64,000 bases of DNA, taken from assembly GCA_041640035.1 (NCBI GenBank), contig JBEQBC010000001.1, positions 128,001 through 192,000 on the forward strand, read 5' to 3'. Origin of the DNA: Candidatus Nanohaloarchaea archaeon. GTDB taxonomy: Archaea; Nanohalarchaeota; Nanosalinia; Nanosalinales; Nanosalinaceae. The notes below the pieces were generated by a model. That model saw only the letters and a list, made by a program, of their open reading frames with translations, searched no databases and was not told where the DNA came from. The position numbers and the translations under genes were made by a program. Of this stretch, positions 38,474 through 48,269 are shown piece after piece; position 1 is the stretch's first letter; every line of letters begins with the position of its first letter.

Positions 38474-39052
38474 ATGAAGGACCTGAAACTAGAAAGATTC
38501 AAGGAGTTCGAGAAGAAGCTGGAAACCGAGAGGCAGGAAAAACTGTATCAGACCATGATATTCCTGGTCAAACTGGTCTTCCTGGGCCTCATATTCCGAT
38601 TGATACTTTTCATGTATCCAGACACCTATTCCCTTCAGAACGCTTTCGCATCACTGATCGCACTGATTCTCTCACCTTTTATGCAGATACAGGTCAACGA
38701 AATATATTTGCTTACCCTTGAAAACTCATACATAATTGTACAGGACTGTCTGGGCTGGAAATCCATGGCTGTATTCGCAGCGCTATTCTTCTCCTCAATA
38801 CCTGTCGAAAAAGTGAGAAATAATCTGGAGTACCTTTTGTACGGACTGGCAGCAATATTTGTCGCCAATATAATCCGTGTATCGACCACTGTCTACCTCG
38901 CAGAAATCGGATTAATCAGTTTTGAAGTTATTCACTCGCTGCTGTGGCGATGGGGACTCACTTTGATTGTGTTCGCTGTCTGGCTTTACTGGTTCACACA
39001 ACTCCTAGATACCGAAAGCGAAGATATTGACGAGGAAACCGATTCCGAGTGA
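38474..39052 (+). CDS. Exosortase/archaeosortase-family transpeptidase
   Basis: Cys-Arg-His triad: DCLG, ANIIR, IHS; multi-TM. Confidence 0.85.
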   Translation: MKDLKLERFKEFEKKLETERQEKLYQTMIFLVKLVFLGLIFRLILFMYPDTYSLQNAFASLIALILSPFMQIQVNEIYLLTLENSYIIVQDCLGWKSMAVFAALFFSSIPVEKVRNNLEYLLYGLAAIFVANIIRVSTTVYLAEIGLISFEVIHSLLWRWGLTLIVFAVWLYWFTQLLDTESEDIDEETDSE

Positions 39053-39838
39053 AGTAAAATCAGTCAGTAGAAGAGCTACAGGGAAAACAGGTACGAAACG
39101 GATACCTGACTTAACCTTCACAGACTCAACATCACTCTTCTTCAACTCCTCAAGTTCATCCTCCTCGATACCTCTTATACGGCCATCCAAGGCCTCTGTA
39201 TCCACAATCTCACCCGGTTGAACATCTTCAATATCTTTCTCAACTTCGAACACTTCAGACTCTATCGCTCGCATAAAACGGATCAGAAGAACCATAGATA
39301 TGAAGAAAACTGCGTACAGGAATCCCTGCATACCCGCTTTCTGGGCGATAAAGGCAAACATCAGGCTTCCCATCAGTTCGAGTACAAGCCGCGTCTTATC
39401 CGTTCTCAGGTTTTCATATGTCTTTGAAAGCACCTTTTCCGGCTTCCTTGCTGCCAGAACTATAGACCAGACAAGTGTTACCAATAGTCCTGCGATCAAC
39501 AGGTTTACTATCAGGTCGATGCTGTAGCCGGAGGTTATACCTGAGACTCCGTATGGTGCGGTGAATCCTAGTACTGCTAGTGCCAGTGCGTCTGCTCCTC
39601 CCCAGCCTCCGAGTAGGTAGGCGGTCCAGCCCATGACGAAGAAGCCGGTTCCGATGCCGAGGCTCCATAGAATTGGTTGGATGCTTCCGGTTTGGATGGA
39701 TGCTCCTGCGTGTAAAAGTATTCCTAGTGCTATTCCTATCAGGCTGATGTAGTCGGGTACCTCTCCCTTTCTCAGGTCGTGTATTGAGGCGGCTAGAAGT
39801 GTTGCAAAACCTGCTGCGTGGGAGAGAGTTACTAGCAT
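39005..39838 (-). CDS. A24 prepilin peptidase
   Basis: ASIHDL...EVPD, GGWGGAD, C-terminal IRFVP. Confidence 0.9.
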   Translation of the reverse strand: MLVTLSHAAGFATLLAASIHDLRKGEVPDYISLIGIALGILLHAGASIQTGSIQPILWSLGIGTGFFVMGWTAYLLGGWGGADALALAVLGFTAPYGVSGITSGYSIDLIVNLLIAGLLVTLVWSIVLAARKPEKVLSKTYENLRTDKTRLVLELMGSLMFAFIAQKAGMQGFLYAVFFISMVLLIRFMRAIESEVFEVEKDIEDVQPGEIVDTEALDGRIRGIEEDELEELKKSDVESVKVKSGIRFVPVFPVALLLTDFTSLGIGFLVNIFAFGI

Positions 39839-39885
39839 AACAGTCTTTAAAACCAGCTGGAGTTATAATTTATACTGTTCTAACA

Positions 39886-40917
39886 ATGACAGAATGGGAA
39901 AATATAGTGATTGAAACAGGGATCGACACCCTGATGACATATCTATCTCAGAACGGAGAGGCTTCTCTATCCCGAATATCCAGCGATACAGGTATCTCAC
40001 AGCAGAGACTGAAGAACTGGGCGGACTCACTTGAAAAAGAGAACCTGCTCGAAAAAGAATACACCTACCGGAAAGGAATCGTACTCAAATACACAGAACA
40101 GAACAAAGAAGAAACAGAAGAACGGAAGGACGAACTTGAAGAAGACCTCGAAGAACATACGGACCAGGTCTCAGACGAGATGAAGGAAAGACTGGACGAC
40201 CTGAGAGAAACCAAGTCAGAGCTCAGAACCATATCCACAGATCTTGAAGAACAGAAACAGGATGAAGAAGAGATCAAGAAAAAGATCGATGCAGTAGAGG
40301 ATATGGAGGAAGAGCTCGAATCCAAACTTGAGGAAATGGATGACCTCAGCGATGAGGACATCAAAACCCTTCAGGATGTTGAGGAAACATTAGATAATAT
40401 TGAAGAAGTTGAGACAGCGGACTTCGAGCAGAACCGTGATCAAGTCAGAGCCAAGCTCAAAGCCCTCAACAAGCTCGAAGAACATATAGAGAACTATGAA
40501 GATAATGTAGAGGAGGAATCAGGAGGAATGCTATCGAAGATAAAATCATTCCTGCCAGGAGGAGGCTCCAAGCAGGATGAAGAATCAAGTGAAGCAGAAG
40601 AAAACCAGGAACCAGAGGAAACCGATGAAGATTCAGTAGAACTGGAGAAAACTCCGGATATTGACGAGGAAACAGAGATTGAGGAAGTAGAAGAAAGGGA
40701 GCCACGAGGCGAAGAAACAGGCTCTCATCCTATAACTGTTGATCATGTGGAGGATTCAGATGCATTTATCCACATGTTGAATAATTCGAACATTGATCAG
40801 TCGAAGGAGATGATTCAGATGATTGAGAATCCGGATTACGAGAGGCTTCTGGAGCTTGAGGAACAGGCTAAAGACCGTAAAACTCTGAAAAAATGGATTA
40901 AAAGGAGGATGGAGTAG
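39886..40917 (+). CDS. Acidic coiled-coil protein with N-terminal winged-HTH-like domain
   Basis: IETGIDTL...WADSLEKENLL; abuts the secretion ATPase. Confidence 0.75.
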   Translation: MTEWENIVIETGIDTLMTYLSQNGEASLSRISSDTGISQQRLKNWADSLEKENLLEKEYTYRKGIVLKYTEQNKEETEERKDELEEDLEEHTDQVSDEMKERLDDLRETKSELRTISTDLEEQKQDEEEIKKKIDAVEDMEEELESKLEEMDDLSDEDIKTLQDVEETLDNIEEVETADFEQNRDQVRAKLKALNKLEEHIENYEDNVEEESGGMLSKIKSFLPGGGSKQDEESSEAEENQEPEETDEDSVELEKTPDIDEETEIEEVEEREPRGEETGSHPITVDHVEDSDAFIHMLNNSNIDQSKEMIQMIENPDYERLLELEEQAKDRKTLKKWIKRRME

Positions 40918-42459
40918 ATGCACGATCTTGACTCGGTGGAAGACGAGTACGAGATCGAATCCGACGGAATAAAGGCACATGTATATGTAGGAGAGAAAAG
41001 CAACGAATATGTTCTCCAGTACCGGATGATCAGAGCCGAAATCAGCGAAGGAACTCAGCAGTACCTTGAAGAACTTAGAGAAGATGTAATCGAATCAGTA
41101 CAGCTCTCAAGAGAAGAGTTCACGGATTCAGACGAACTTGAACAGGTAAAAGAGAAATACAGAAACGAAGTAAGAGACAGAGTAGAAGACCAGTTCCCGG
41201 AACTGGCAGAAGACGAGAAAAAACACCTGATCGGTACAATAATTCACGACATGGTCGGACTCGGCCAGATAGAACTACTTCTAAACGACCCACAACTCGA
41301 GGAACTGGTAGTCAACAACGCAGAAGAACCAGCATGGGTCTACCATCAGGACCACGGATGGCTGAAATCCAACATAACCTTCGAGGACGAAGAAGAAATC
41401 AAGAACTACTCCTCAGACATCGCAAGAAGAGTAGGAAAGAACATATCCAGCCTCGACCCGCTGCTAGACGCCCAACTACCAACAGGAGACCGAACCAACG
41501 CCACATTACAGCCAATTTCTACCAAAGGAAATACTATAACAATCCGTAAGTTCGCAAGAGATCCATGGACAGTAACAGACTTCATCAAGAACGAAACACT
41601 CAACAAGGAAGTCGCAGCATTCCTATGGCTCTGCATGCAGTACGAACTAAGCATACTGGTATCAGGCGGTACAGGATCCGGAAAAACATCCCTCCTGAAT
41701 GTTCTCATGCCCTTCATGCCTCCAAGCCAGAGGATTATCAGCATCGAGGACACACGAGAGATACAGCTACCTGACTTCCTGCACTGGGTACCAACAACCA
41801 CTAGAGAAGCAAACCCAGAAGGAAAAGGAGAAGTATCAATGCTTGACCTACTGGTCAACTCCCTCCGTATGCGTCCAGACCGTATCCTAGTAGGAGAAAT
41901 CCGTAGAAAACGCCAAGCAGAAGTACTGTTCGAAGCTATGCACACAGGACACTCAGTTTACTCCACACTGCACGCAGACACAGCTGAACAGACAGTACAG
42001 CGATTGAACAACCCACCGATCGATGTACCGGAACAGATGGTTAAATCCGTCGATGTCAATGTAGTGTGCTACAGAGACCGAAGAAGAAACTTCAGAAGAG
42101 TACTTGAAGTAGCTGAAGTCACGGAATCCGGTTACAGGAGAGGGGATGAAGGAACACAGCTCGGAGCAAACTCCATCTACAAATGGGACAGCGAGGACGA
42201 TGAGATCAGGAAGGAAAGAGACTCCCAGAACATCTTCGAGACACTCAAACTACATACCGGTATGACCCGTGGAGAAATCACAGAGAACCTGAACGGAAAA
42301 GAGGATGTGCTTCAGTGGCTTGTAGATAATGATGTAACCAGTATCGGACCGGTCGGAAAAATCATCGCACAGTACTACAGCGCACCGGATGAAGTCGTTG
42401 AACTAGCACGGAATAATGGAGATCCTCAGGAAATCCTGAAACGGTACGAGGACAAATAA
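40918..42459 (+). CDS. Type II/IV secretion (pilus assembly) ATPase, CpaF/VirB11/ArlI family
   Basis: TIRKF, GGTGSGKT, SIEDTREI, LRMRPDRILVGEIR, MHTGH..YSTLH. Confidence 0.95.
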   Translation: MHDLDSVEDEYEIESDGIKAHVYVGEKSNEYVLQYRMIRAEISEGTQQYLEELREDVIESVQLSREEFTDSDELEQVKEKYRNEVRDRVEDQFPELAEDEKKHLIGTIIHDMVGLGQIELLLNDPQLEELVVNNAEEPAWVYHQDHGWLKSNITFEDEEEIKNYSSDIARRVGKNISSLDPLLDAQLPTGDRTNATLQPISTKGNTITIRKFARDPWTVTDFIKNETLNKEVAAFLWLCMQYELSILVSGGTGSGKTSLLNVLMPFMPPSQRIISIEDTREIQLPDFLHWVPTTTREANPEGKGEVSMLDLLVNSLRMRPDRILVGEIRRKRQAEVLFEAMHTGHSVYSTLHADTAEQTVQRLNNPPIDVPEQMVKSVDVNVVCYRDRRRNFRRVLEVAEVTESGYRRGDEGTQLGANSIYKWDSEDDEIRKERDSQNIFETLKLHTGMTRGEITENLNGKEDVLQWLVDNDVTSIGPVGKIIAQYYSAPDEVVELARNNGDPQEILKRYEDK

Positions 42460-42523
42460 CTCTACTTTTTTCTTGAACTGTTTTTTGTAAACCCATTTAA
42501 GATTGAAGACTGGTTTTCTCTAT

Positions 42524-42703
42524 ATGCCAGAATTCAAAGCAACGGGCGAAGTAGATTACGGAAAAAAGACAACCAGCTTCGACAAGACAGTTGAAGCCGG
42601 TTCCAAAAGCCATGCAGAAGATGTAGTATACTCCGATATCGGCAGTAAGCACGGAGTCACACGCGGCAAAATTGAAATTGATACTTTAGAGGAGACAGAA
42701 TAA
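42524..42703 (+). CDS. rpl18a: 50S ribosomal protein eL20 (L18Ae/LX)
   Basis: F.K.VEA....A...VYS.IGSKH.V.R..I.I; precedes pfdA. Confidence 0.88.
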   Translation: MPEFKATGEVDYGKKTTSFDKTVEAGSKSHAEDVVYSDIGSKHGVTRGKIEIDTLEETE

Positions 42704-43116
42704 TGAATCAGCAAGCAGTACAGCAGTACCAGCAAATGCAGCAACAGCTCGAACAAGTCAACGACTACATCGAGCAAGTCGAAAACCAGATAGATAGAAT
42801 CGAGGACGCACAGGAAGCAGTCCAGCAACTTGAAAATGTAGAAGACGGAGCAGAGATCATGGCTCCAATTGGAGACGGCGCATTCGTCAAAGCAGAGATC
42901 AAGGACGCATCCACAGTAACCACAAACATCGGCGGCGACACGATGCAGGAACAGGATCGTGAAGGAGCTATCGACAGCCTTCAGGAACAGATCGATATCC
43001 TGAATTCCACGAAGGACGAACTTGAAGATCAGACAGAAGAGATCCAGAAACAGCTACAGGAACTTCAGCAGGACCTTCAGGAACAGCAACAGCAAGAACA
43101 ACAAGAACAGGAATAA
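42703..43116 (+). CDS. pfdA: Prefoldin alpha subunit
   Basis: EIMAPIGDGAFVKA...NIGG hairpins between coiled coils; synteny. Confidence 0.92.
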   Translation: MNQQAVQQYQQMQQQLEQVNDYIEQVENQIDRIEDAQEAVQQLENVEDGAEIMAPIGDGAFVKAEIKDASTVTTNIGGDTMQEQDREGAIDSLQEQIDILNSTKDELEDQTEEIQKQLQELQQDLQEQQQQEQQEQE

Positions 43117-43177
43117 ACACTTCCTGTCTATTTTTATTTTCTAAACAACCTTATTTTAACAAGAGTTGAACTATACG

Positions 43178-44065
43178 ATGCTGGACAAATTCAAAGATAC
43201 AGTAAAAGATTTCTCGGAAAGCGTGAAGAGCGCAGTAGCAGAAAAAGAACTAGATGAAGATACCTTAGACCCGCTTCTTGAGAAGATGCGTATGAAACTG
43301 CTTCAGAACAATGTATCACTTGAAGCAGCTGAAACAATCGAAGAGGACCTGAGAAATGAACTTCTCGGTGAAGAAGTCCAGCGAAACAAAGTACAGGATA
43401 AAATAGATGAAGCACTTGAAAACGCGCTTAAAGATGTACTGGACGACAGCTTTGATTTCAAAGAAGAGATCGCAGGTATCGAAAGTCCGACAGTTTTCTT
43501 TGTAGGATTTAACGGTTCTGGTAAGACGACTACAACTGCAAAGATTGCCAAGAGTCTTCAGGAAGATGGTGAGGAAGTAGTTATGGGTGCTGGAGATACA
43601 TTTAGAGCTGCATCCATCGAACAGCTGGAGAAACACGGCGAGAACCTTGATGCTAAAGTAATTAGCCATGAATACGAATCAGATCCGGCCGCTGTAGCTT
43701 ATGACGCTGTAGAGCATGCGGAAAAAACAGGTAAAGTTGCACTGGTAGATACCGCCGGTCGCTCACATGCAGATACTAATTTGATGCAGGAACTGGAGAA
43801 AATGGTTGATGTGAATAATCCTGATGTAACTTTCCTGGTTGTTGACGCATTGAGCGGTAACGATGTGAACGAGCAGGCAGATGCATATGAAGGCATGTTT
43901 GATGCTATTATCGTTACGAAGATGGATGTCGATGAGAACGGTGGAGCTCTTCTGTCGATAGCTCAGAAGACTGGTAAGCCTGTAGCCTACATCGGTACGG
44001 GACAGGATTATGATGATTTAGAGGAATTTGATAAGGATAGTTTCGTGGAAGATATTCTGGAATAA
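43178..44065 (+). CDS. ftsY: SRP receptor FtsY (NG domain only)
   Basis: GFNGSGKTTT, DTFRAA, DTAGR, TKMD, GTGQ.YDDL. Confidence 0.95.
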   Translation: MLDKFKDTVKDFSESVKSAVAEKELDEDTLDPLLEKMRMKLLQNNVSLEAAETIEEDLRNELLGEEVQRNKVQDKIDEALENALKDVLDDSFDFKEEIAGIESPTVFFVGFNGSGKTTTTAKIAKSLQEDGEEVVMGAGDTFRAASIEQLEKHGENLDAKVISHEYESDPAAVAYDAVEHAEKTGKVALVDTAGRSHADTNLMQELEKMVDVNNPDVTFLVVDALSGNDVNEQADAYEGMFDAIIVTKMDVDENGGALLSIAQKTGKPVAYIGTGQDYDDLEEFDKDSFVEDILE

Positions 44066-44114
44066 CTAACTTGGTTGAGAATTAAAGGAGAAAAATTAGG
44101 TTGTGTAGTGAGAT

Positions 44115-44447
44115 CTAGCTGTAGGCCTTCTGCTCGTCAAGTCTTTTCTGCATAGACTTCTCCAGTTTCTGAAGCTTGGACTTGAGCGGTTCAAGATCTT
44201 CGTCATTACTCATCTCGATCTCGTTTGAGCCTTCCTGAATTCTCTGTTTTCTCATCTTGGCCAGCAAATGATTAACTTCAGCTACAAGCTGTTCATACTC
44301 CTTCATCTGTGCCTCTATGTAGGAAATCTCCTGTTCAAACTCCTGTCTGAGTTCCTCTGTTACCTCGTCCTTCATCTCGTTTTTCAGTTCTTCCTTTTCC
44401 AGGCCTAGCTTGCCTCTGACCGTTGAATAGAATTTTTCCATACCCAT
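44115..44447 (-). CDS. Hypothetical coiled-coil protein
   Basis: 110 aa, heptad-rich. Confidence 0.7.
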   Translation of the reverse strand: MGMEKFYSTVRGKLGLEKEELKNEMKDEVTEELRQEFEQEISYIEAQMKEYEQLVAEVNHLLAKMRKQRIQEGSNEIEMSNDEDLEPLKSKLQKLEKSMQKRLDEQKAYS

Positions 44448-44508
44448 AAATCTAATTTTAAACCTCTGTATTCACCTATTAATCCTAAAACTCTTTTTAA
44501 CTTTTCGA

Positions 44509-45072
44509 TTACTCCCGTGGATCCTTAGGCACTTCATCATCCTGATCTTCTTCCTCATCCTCTTCTCCAGGGATTATTATACCCATGTCACGGAAAGCAC
44601 CCTGCTCATAGTAACGGCCGGTAACTGCTCCAAGTAAGGCATCAAACTCATGGCTGTTCGAAAGAGGACTGGTATCAAAACCGAGGCTTTCCAAGGCCTG
44701 ATCGCCGTGGATAGCCAGTTCCTCAGAAGTGATGTGTGGGTTGAACCGGATGATTTCAGGTGCATCAACACCCATAGCATGCTCCAAGTGAGCACTGAGG
44801 CTTTCTAGCCTCTTCATCTTCTTCACCTGGTGACCTGAAGGAACGAAATTGTATCCTTCATCTTCCAGCTTTTGCTCTTTCTTCGTCAGTTCATCTCTTC
44901 CTTGCTCCATGCCAACATCAGCTGCAAGGATATCGACTTCTTCCTCTTCTATCTTCTCTATTATCTCATCGTTTGTACTAAGATTCCAGGTACTGGTTTC
45001 TTCGCTGTCAGCAACAGCCAGTATGCTGTCCTCTTTGGTATTATCTTTTAGAAGTAGTCCTGCGAACTTCAT
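44509..45072 (-). CDS. Divergent DUF429-like (RNase H-fold) protein
   Basis: ILAAD and HEFDALLGAVTG..Y..G patterns. Confidence 0.5.
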   Translation of the reverse strand: MKFAGLLLKDNTKEDSILAVADSEETSTWNLSTNDEIIEKIEEEEVDILAADVGMEQGRDELTKKEQKLEDEGYNFVPSGHQVKKMKRLESLSAHLEHAMGVDAPEIIRFNPHITSEELAIHGDQALESLGFDTSPLSNSHEFDALLGAVTGRYYEQGAFRDMGIIIPGEEDEEEDQDDEVPKDPRE

Positions 45073-45914
45073 ACTGTTTTAACCTTCTTTTTTCTCTCCA
45101 GATTTTCCTCATCCTTTTTTCCTTCGCCGCGTCTGTCTGTAAATTCTTTAAGTGAGGAATTCATCTCTTTAACCCTTTGAAGCTTCTCCTGCTTCTTCTC
45201 CTGTTTCAAACCTTTCAGGAAATCGTGTATAGCTTTGTTGTACTCCTCCGGCTTCTCGAAGAACGGGAACGAACCTGCGCCCTGTAAACGGCTTACCATC
45301 GGTCTTTCAAGCTCCCGCGCAAAATCGATACTTGAAAACCGGTCATCGCTTGGATGAAGAACAAGAGACTTCTTCACCGGTCTTCTGAAACGGTAGTTCT
45401 CTACAAAGGATTCTACATCTCTGTAATTTGGCTTATCTACGAGCTCTGAGAACTCCTTAACCACCTTGAAATCAGTTTTACCTGAGAAAGCGTACTTCTT
45501 CAATATTTTTGGATAGTTGACTATACTTTTCCATCCCCAGTTGTATACAGGTCTTGGAGGCATGGAAACTGTCCCCCTAAAAGCTGAGGTCAGTACTAAT
45601 GCTTCCACAGATTCGTGTTGTTCGAACTCAAGCGCGAGACTGTTGCCGAAAAGACTCGATACAAGCACTACATTATCTAGATCTTCTCTCTCAAGTACAT
45701 TTTTCAGAGCTGATTTCTCGCCTTCATAGTCTCTGAAGCTTTCGGTAGGCTGGAAACAGACGGTTTTGAACTCTCTGGAGAAGTAACGATATTGATTACG
45801 CCATAACTCCGGGTTCAAACCACCTGGAACAAAAACGAGCTGGATCGGTGAATCCTTCTCGGACTCGAAGAAATGCATGTTCTCTTCACCAACTCTCTCT
45901 ACCGAAAAATCCAT
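45069..45914 (-). CDS. Alpha/beta-hydrolase-fold protein lacking catalytic Ser/His
   Basis: LVFVPGG...W..Q; VVLVSSLFG; GAGSFPFFEKPEEYNKAIHDFL. Confidence 0.78.
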   Translation of the reverse strand: MDFSVERVGEENMHFFESEKDSPIQLVFVPGGLNPELWRNQYRYFSREFKTVCFQPTESFRDYEGEKSALKNVLEREDLDNVVLVSSLFGNSLALEFEQHESVEALVLTSAFRGTVSMPPRPVYNWGWKSIVNYPKILKKYAFSGKTDFKVVKEFSELVDKPNYRDVESFVENYRFRRPVKKSLVLHPSDDRFSSIDFARELERPMVSRLQGAGSFPFFEKPEEYNKAIHDFLKGLKQEKKQEKLQRVKEMNSSLKEFTDRRGEGKKDEENLERKKKVKTV

Positions 45915-45978
45915 AACAAGACACAGTATGACTACAAAGTCTTAAAACAGTTTAATCACTGAAGATTGGTAGAAACCA

Positions 45979-46317
45979 TTGATAACCCGAAAAAGAATAC
46001 TGGCAGCGGAAATCCTGTTGACCGCGTTACCACTCGGATACCATGTACACAGAAAGACAGGCAGCCTTCTCACAGCAACCCTCACCTTCGGAATAACACT
46101 CTTCATCATCGACAGCTTCCTAATCTCGCCGGTCAAGGCATGGGACAACCTAGCGCTCTTCCTCAATCCGTTCATGGTTTCGACCGGGACCTTCATCACC
46201 TCACTGATCTACATCAACTACACAGGTACAGCCCTGGCAGCAGCCAAATGGCAGGCACTAGGCCTATCCTTTATCACACTGGTCTTCGGTTTCATGTTCC
46301 TCAGGACTTGGCCCTGA
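45979..46317 (+). CDS. Small multi-TM membrane protein
   Basis: Hydrophobic frame with native codon usage; TTG start. Confidence 0.65.
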   Translation: MITRKRILAAEILLTALPLGYHVHRKTGSLLTATLTFGITLFIIDSFLISPVKAWDNLALFLNPFMVSTGTFITSLIYINYTGTALAAAKWQALGLSFITLVFGFMFLRTWP

Positions 46318-46370
46318 AAACGCCGGGGTTACCATAAAAACATTCATCCCACAAAAACTTTCTTAGAACG

Positions 46371-47669
46371 ATGTTTGACCGCATAAAAGACTCTATACAG
46401 AAATTCTCCCGGAAAGACAGGGCAGACAAGGAAGCAGTAGAAGAACTGGTTAAAGACATACAGAGAGATCTCATCCAGGCAGATGTAGACATAGAACTCG
46501 TATCAGAACTCAGCGACGAAATAAGAGAAGAAGCACTCGAAGACGATGTACCCAGCGGTCTAACACGCAAAGAACATGTACTCGAAATAATATACAACAA
46601 ACTAGAAGACCTGCTAGGAGAAAAACCCGAAGTCGAGGTTAAGCCACATAACATCCTTCTATGCGGACTATACGGAGCAGGAAAAACAACAACAGCCGGA
46701 AAACTAGCCGACTACTACCGAAAACGCGGACTGAAAACCGGAGTAATCGCAGCAGACACAGACCGGCCAGCAGCACACGAACAACTGCAGCAGATAGCAG
46801 AAGATGTAGAAGCCGAATTCTACGGAGAAAAAGAAACAGACGAACCAAGCAAGATTGTAGAAAACGGACTTGAACAGATGGAAGCAGATGTAATAATCGT
46901 CGACTCCGCAGGAAGAGACTCACTCAACCAAGACCTCAAAGACGAACTCGCAAGAATAAACGAAGTACTACAGCCAGAAGAAAAATACCTAGTCATGCCT
47001 GGAGACATCGGACAGTCAGCCAAAGACCAGGCACAGAACTTCAACGAAGCAGTCGACATCACAGGCGTAATAATGACAAAACTCGACTCCTCAGCCAAAG
47101 GAGGAGGAGCACTCGTAGCATGCAGACAGACAGGCGCACCAGTCAAATTCATCGGAACGGGAGAAGAAATGGGCGACCTAGAAGTATACGACCCCATCAA
47201 GTATGTCTCCGAGATAATCGGACAACCCGACCTCGAATCACTTCTAGAAAAAGTCGAGGAAATGGACACCGATCCTGAAGAACTGCTCGAAGGAGAATTC
47301 ACCCTAGAAGACTTCCAGCAGCAGATAGAACAAGTCACCGAGACCGGAATGATGGAAGACCTGATGAAACAACTGCCGATCGGCGGCGGACAGATGCCAG
47401 ACAACCTATCAGATATGACAGAAGGAAAGGCAGAAACCTACCAGGTCATAATGAACTCGATGACTGCAGAGGAAAAGAAAGATCCGTCAATAATCAAGCG
47501 TTCACACAAGGAGAGAATCGCAGAAGGAAGCGCCACCTCTGTAGAAGAAGTTCAGGAACTGATCAAGCATTACCGCCAAACCAAGAACATGATGGACAAG
47601 TTCGACAAAGGAGACATGAAGCGTGGAGGCGGCAACCTCCAGAGCATGATGCAGAACATGGGACTCTAA
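46371..47669 (+). CDS. srp54: Signal recognition particle protein SRP54
   Basis: GLYGAGKTTT, DTDRPAA, DSAGR, TKLD, M domain IMNSMT.EE. Confidence 0.96.
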   Translation: MFDRIKDSIQKFSRKDRADKEAVEELVKDIQRDLIQADVDIELVSELSDEIREEALEDDVPSGLTRKEHVLEIIYNKLEDLLGEKPEVEVKPHNILLCGLYGAGKTTTAGKLADYYRKRGLKTGVIAADTDRPAAHEQLQQIAEDVEAEFYGEKETDEPSKIVENGLEQMEADVIIVDSAGRDSLNQDLKDELARINEVLQPEEKYLVMPGDIGQSAKDQAQNFNEAVDITGVIMTKLDSSAKGGGALVACRQTGAPVKFIGTGEEMGDLEVYDPIKYVSEIIGQPDLESLLEKVEEMDTDPEELLEGEFTLEDFQQQIEQVTETGMMEDLMKQLPIGGGQMPDNLSDMTEGKAETYQVIMNSMTAEEKKDPSIIKRSHKERIAEGSATSVEEVQELIKHYRQTKNMMDKFDKGDMKRGGGNLQSMMQNMGL

Positions 47670-47672
47670 GAG

Positions 47673-48269
47673 GTGACAGACAAGTTGATAGCCGTTCTAT
47701 CCGACTCACATATACCTACGCGGGCAGATGAGATACCGGAACCTTTCTGGGATAAAGTAGAAGAATCCGACATAACTGTACACGCCGGAGACTATGACCG
47801 CGAAGAAACATTCAACGCACTAGAAACATACTCAAACAATTTTTACGGAGTAGAGGGAAACTGCGACTTCTTCGAAGCAGAAGAAATGAGCCAAAGCCAC
47901 ACCTTCCAACATGAAGAACTTGATTTCGGAGTCTACCACGGTACAGGCATAACTCCTCGCGCCCATACACCGACACTTCTGAAGATAGCTGAGGAAGACC
48001 TTGGAGTAGATATACTGATTCACGGGCATTCACATCAGGAGGATATCGAACTGGCTGAAGGAAAACTGCTTCTCAACCCTGGAAGCAGTACAGGCGCCGG
48101 CGGCGGAACAGCAAACCCGTCAAAGCCCGCGATGATGGAGATAGAAGTTGAAGACGGCGATATAGAGGTAAAAATTCTTCAGCTAGTAGATGAAGAGCTT
48201 GAAATCAAAGAAGAACAGGTATTCGATACCGAACAAATTAAAAACTCAGAGAAAGCAGGTGAAGAATAA
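47673..48269 (+). CDS. MJ0936/YfcE/Vps29-family metallophosphoesterase
   Basis: SDSH, HAGD, GNCD, HG, GHSH, NPGS. Confidence 0.92.
   Translation: MTDKLIAVLSDSHIPTRADEIPEPFWDKVEESDITVHAGDYDREETFNALETYSNNFYGVEGNCDFFEAEEMSQSHTFQHEELDFGVYHGTGITPRAHTPTLLKIAEEDLGVDILIHGHSHQEDIELAEGKLLLNPGSSTGAGGGTANPSKPAMMEIEVEDGDIEVKILQLVDEELEIKEEQVFDTEQIKNSEKAGEE

Noticed and set aside
45966-46337. 123-aa alternative-frame ORF
   Set aside because: Composition is unlike this proteome; the overlapping hydrophobic frame 45979-46317 fits codon usage better
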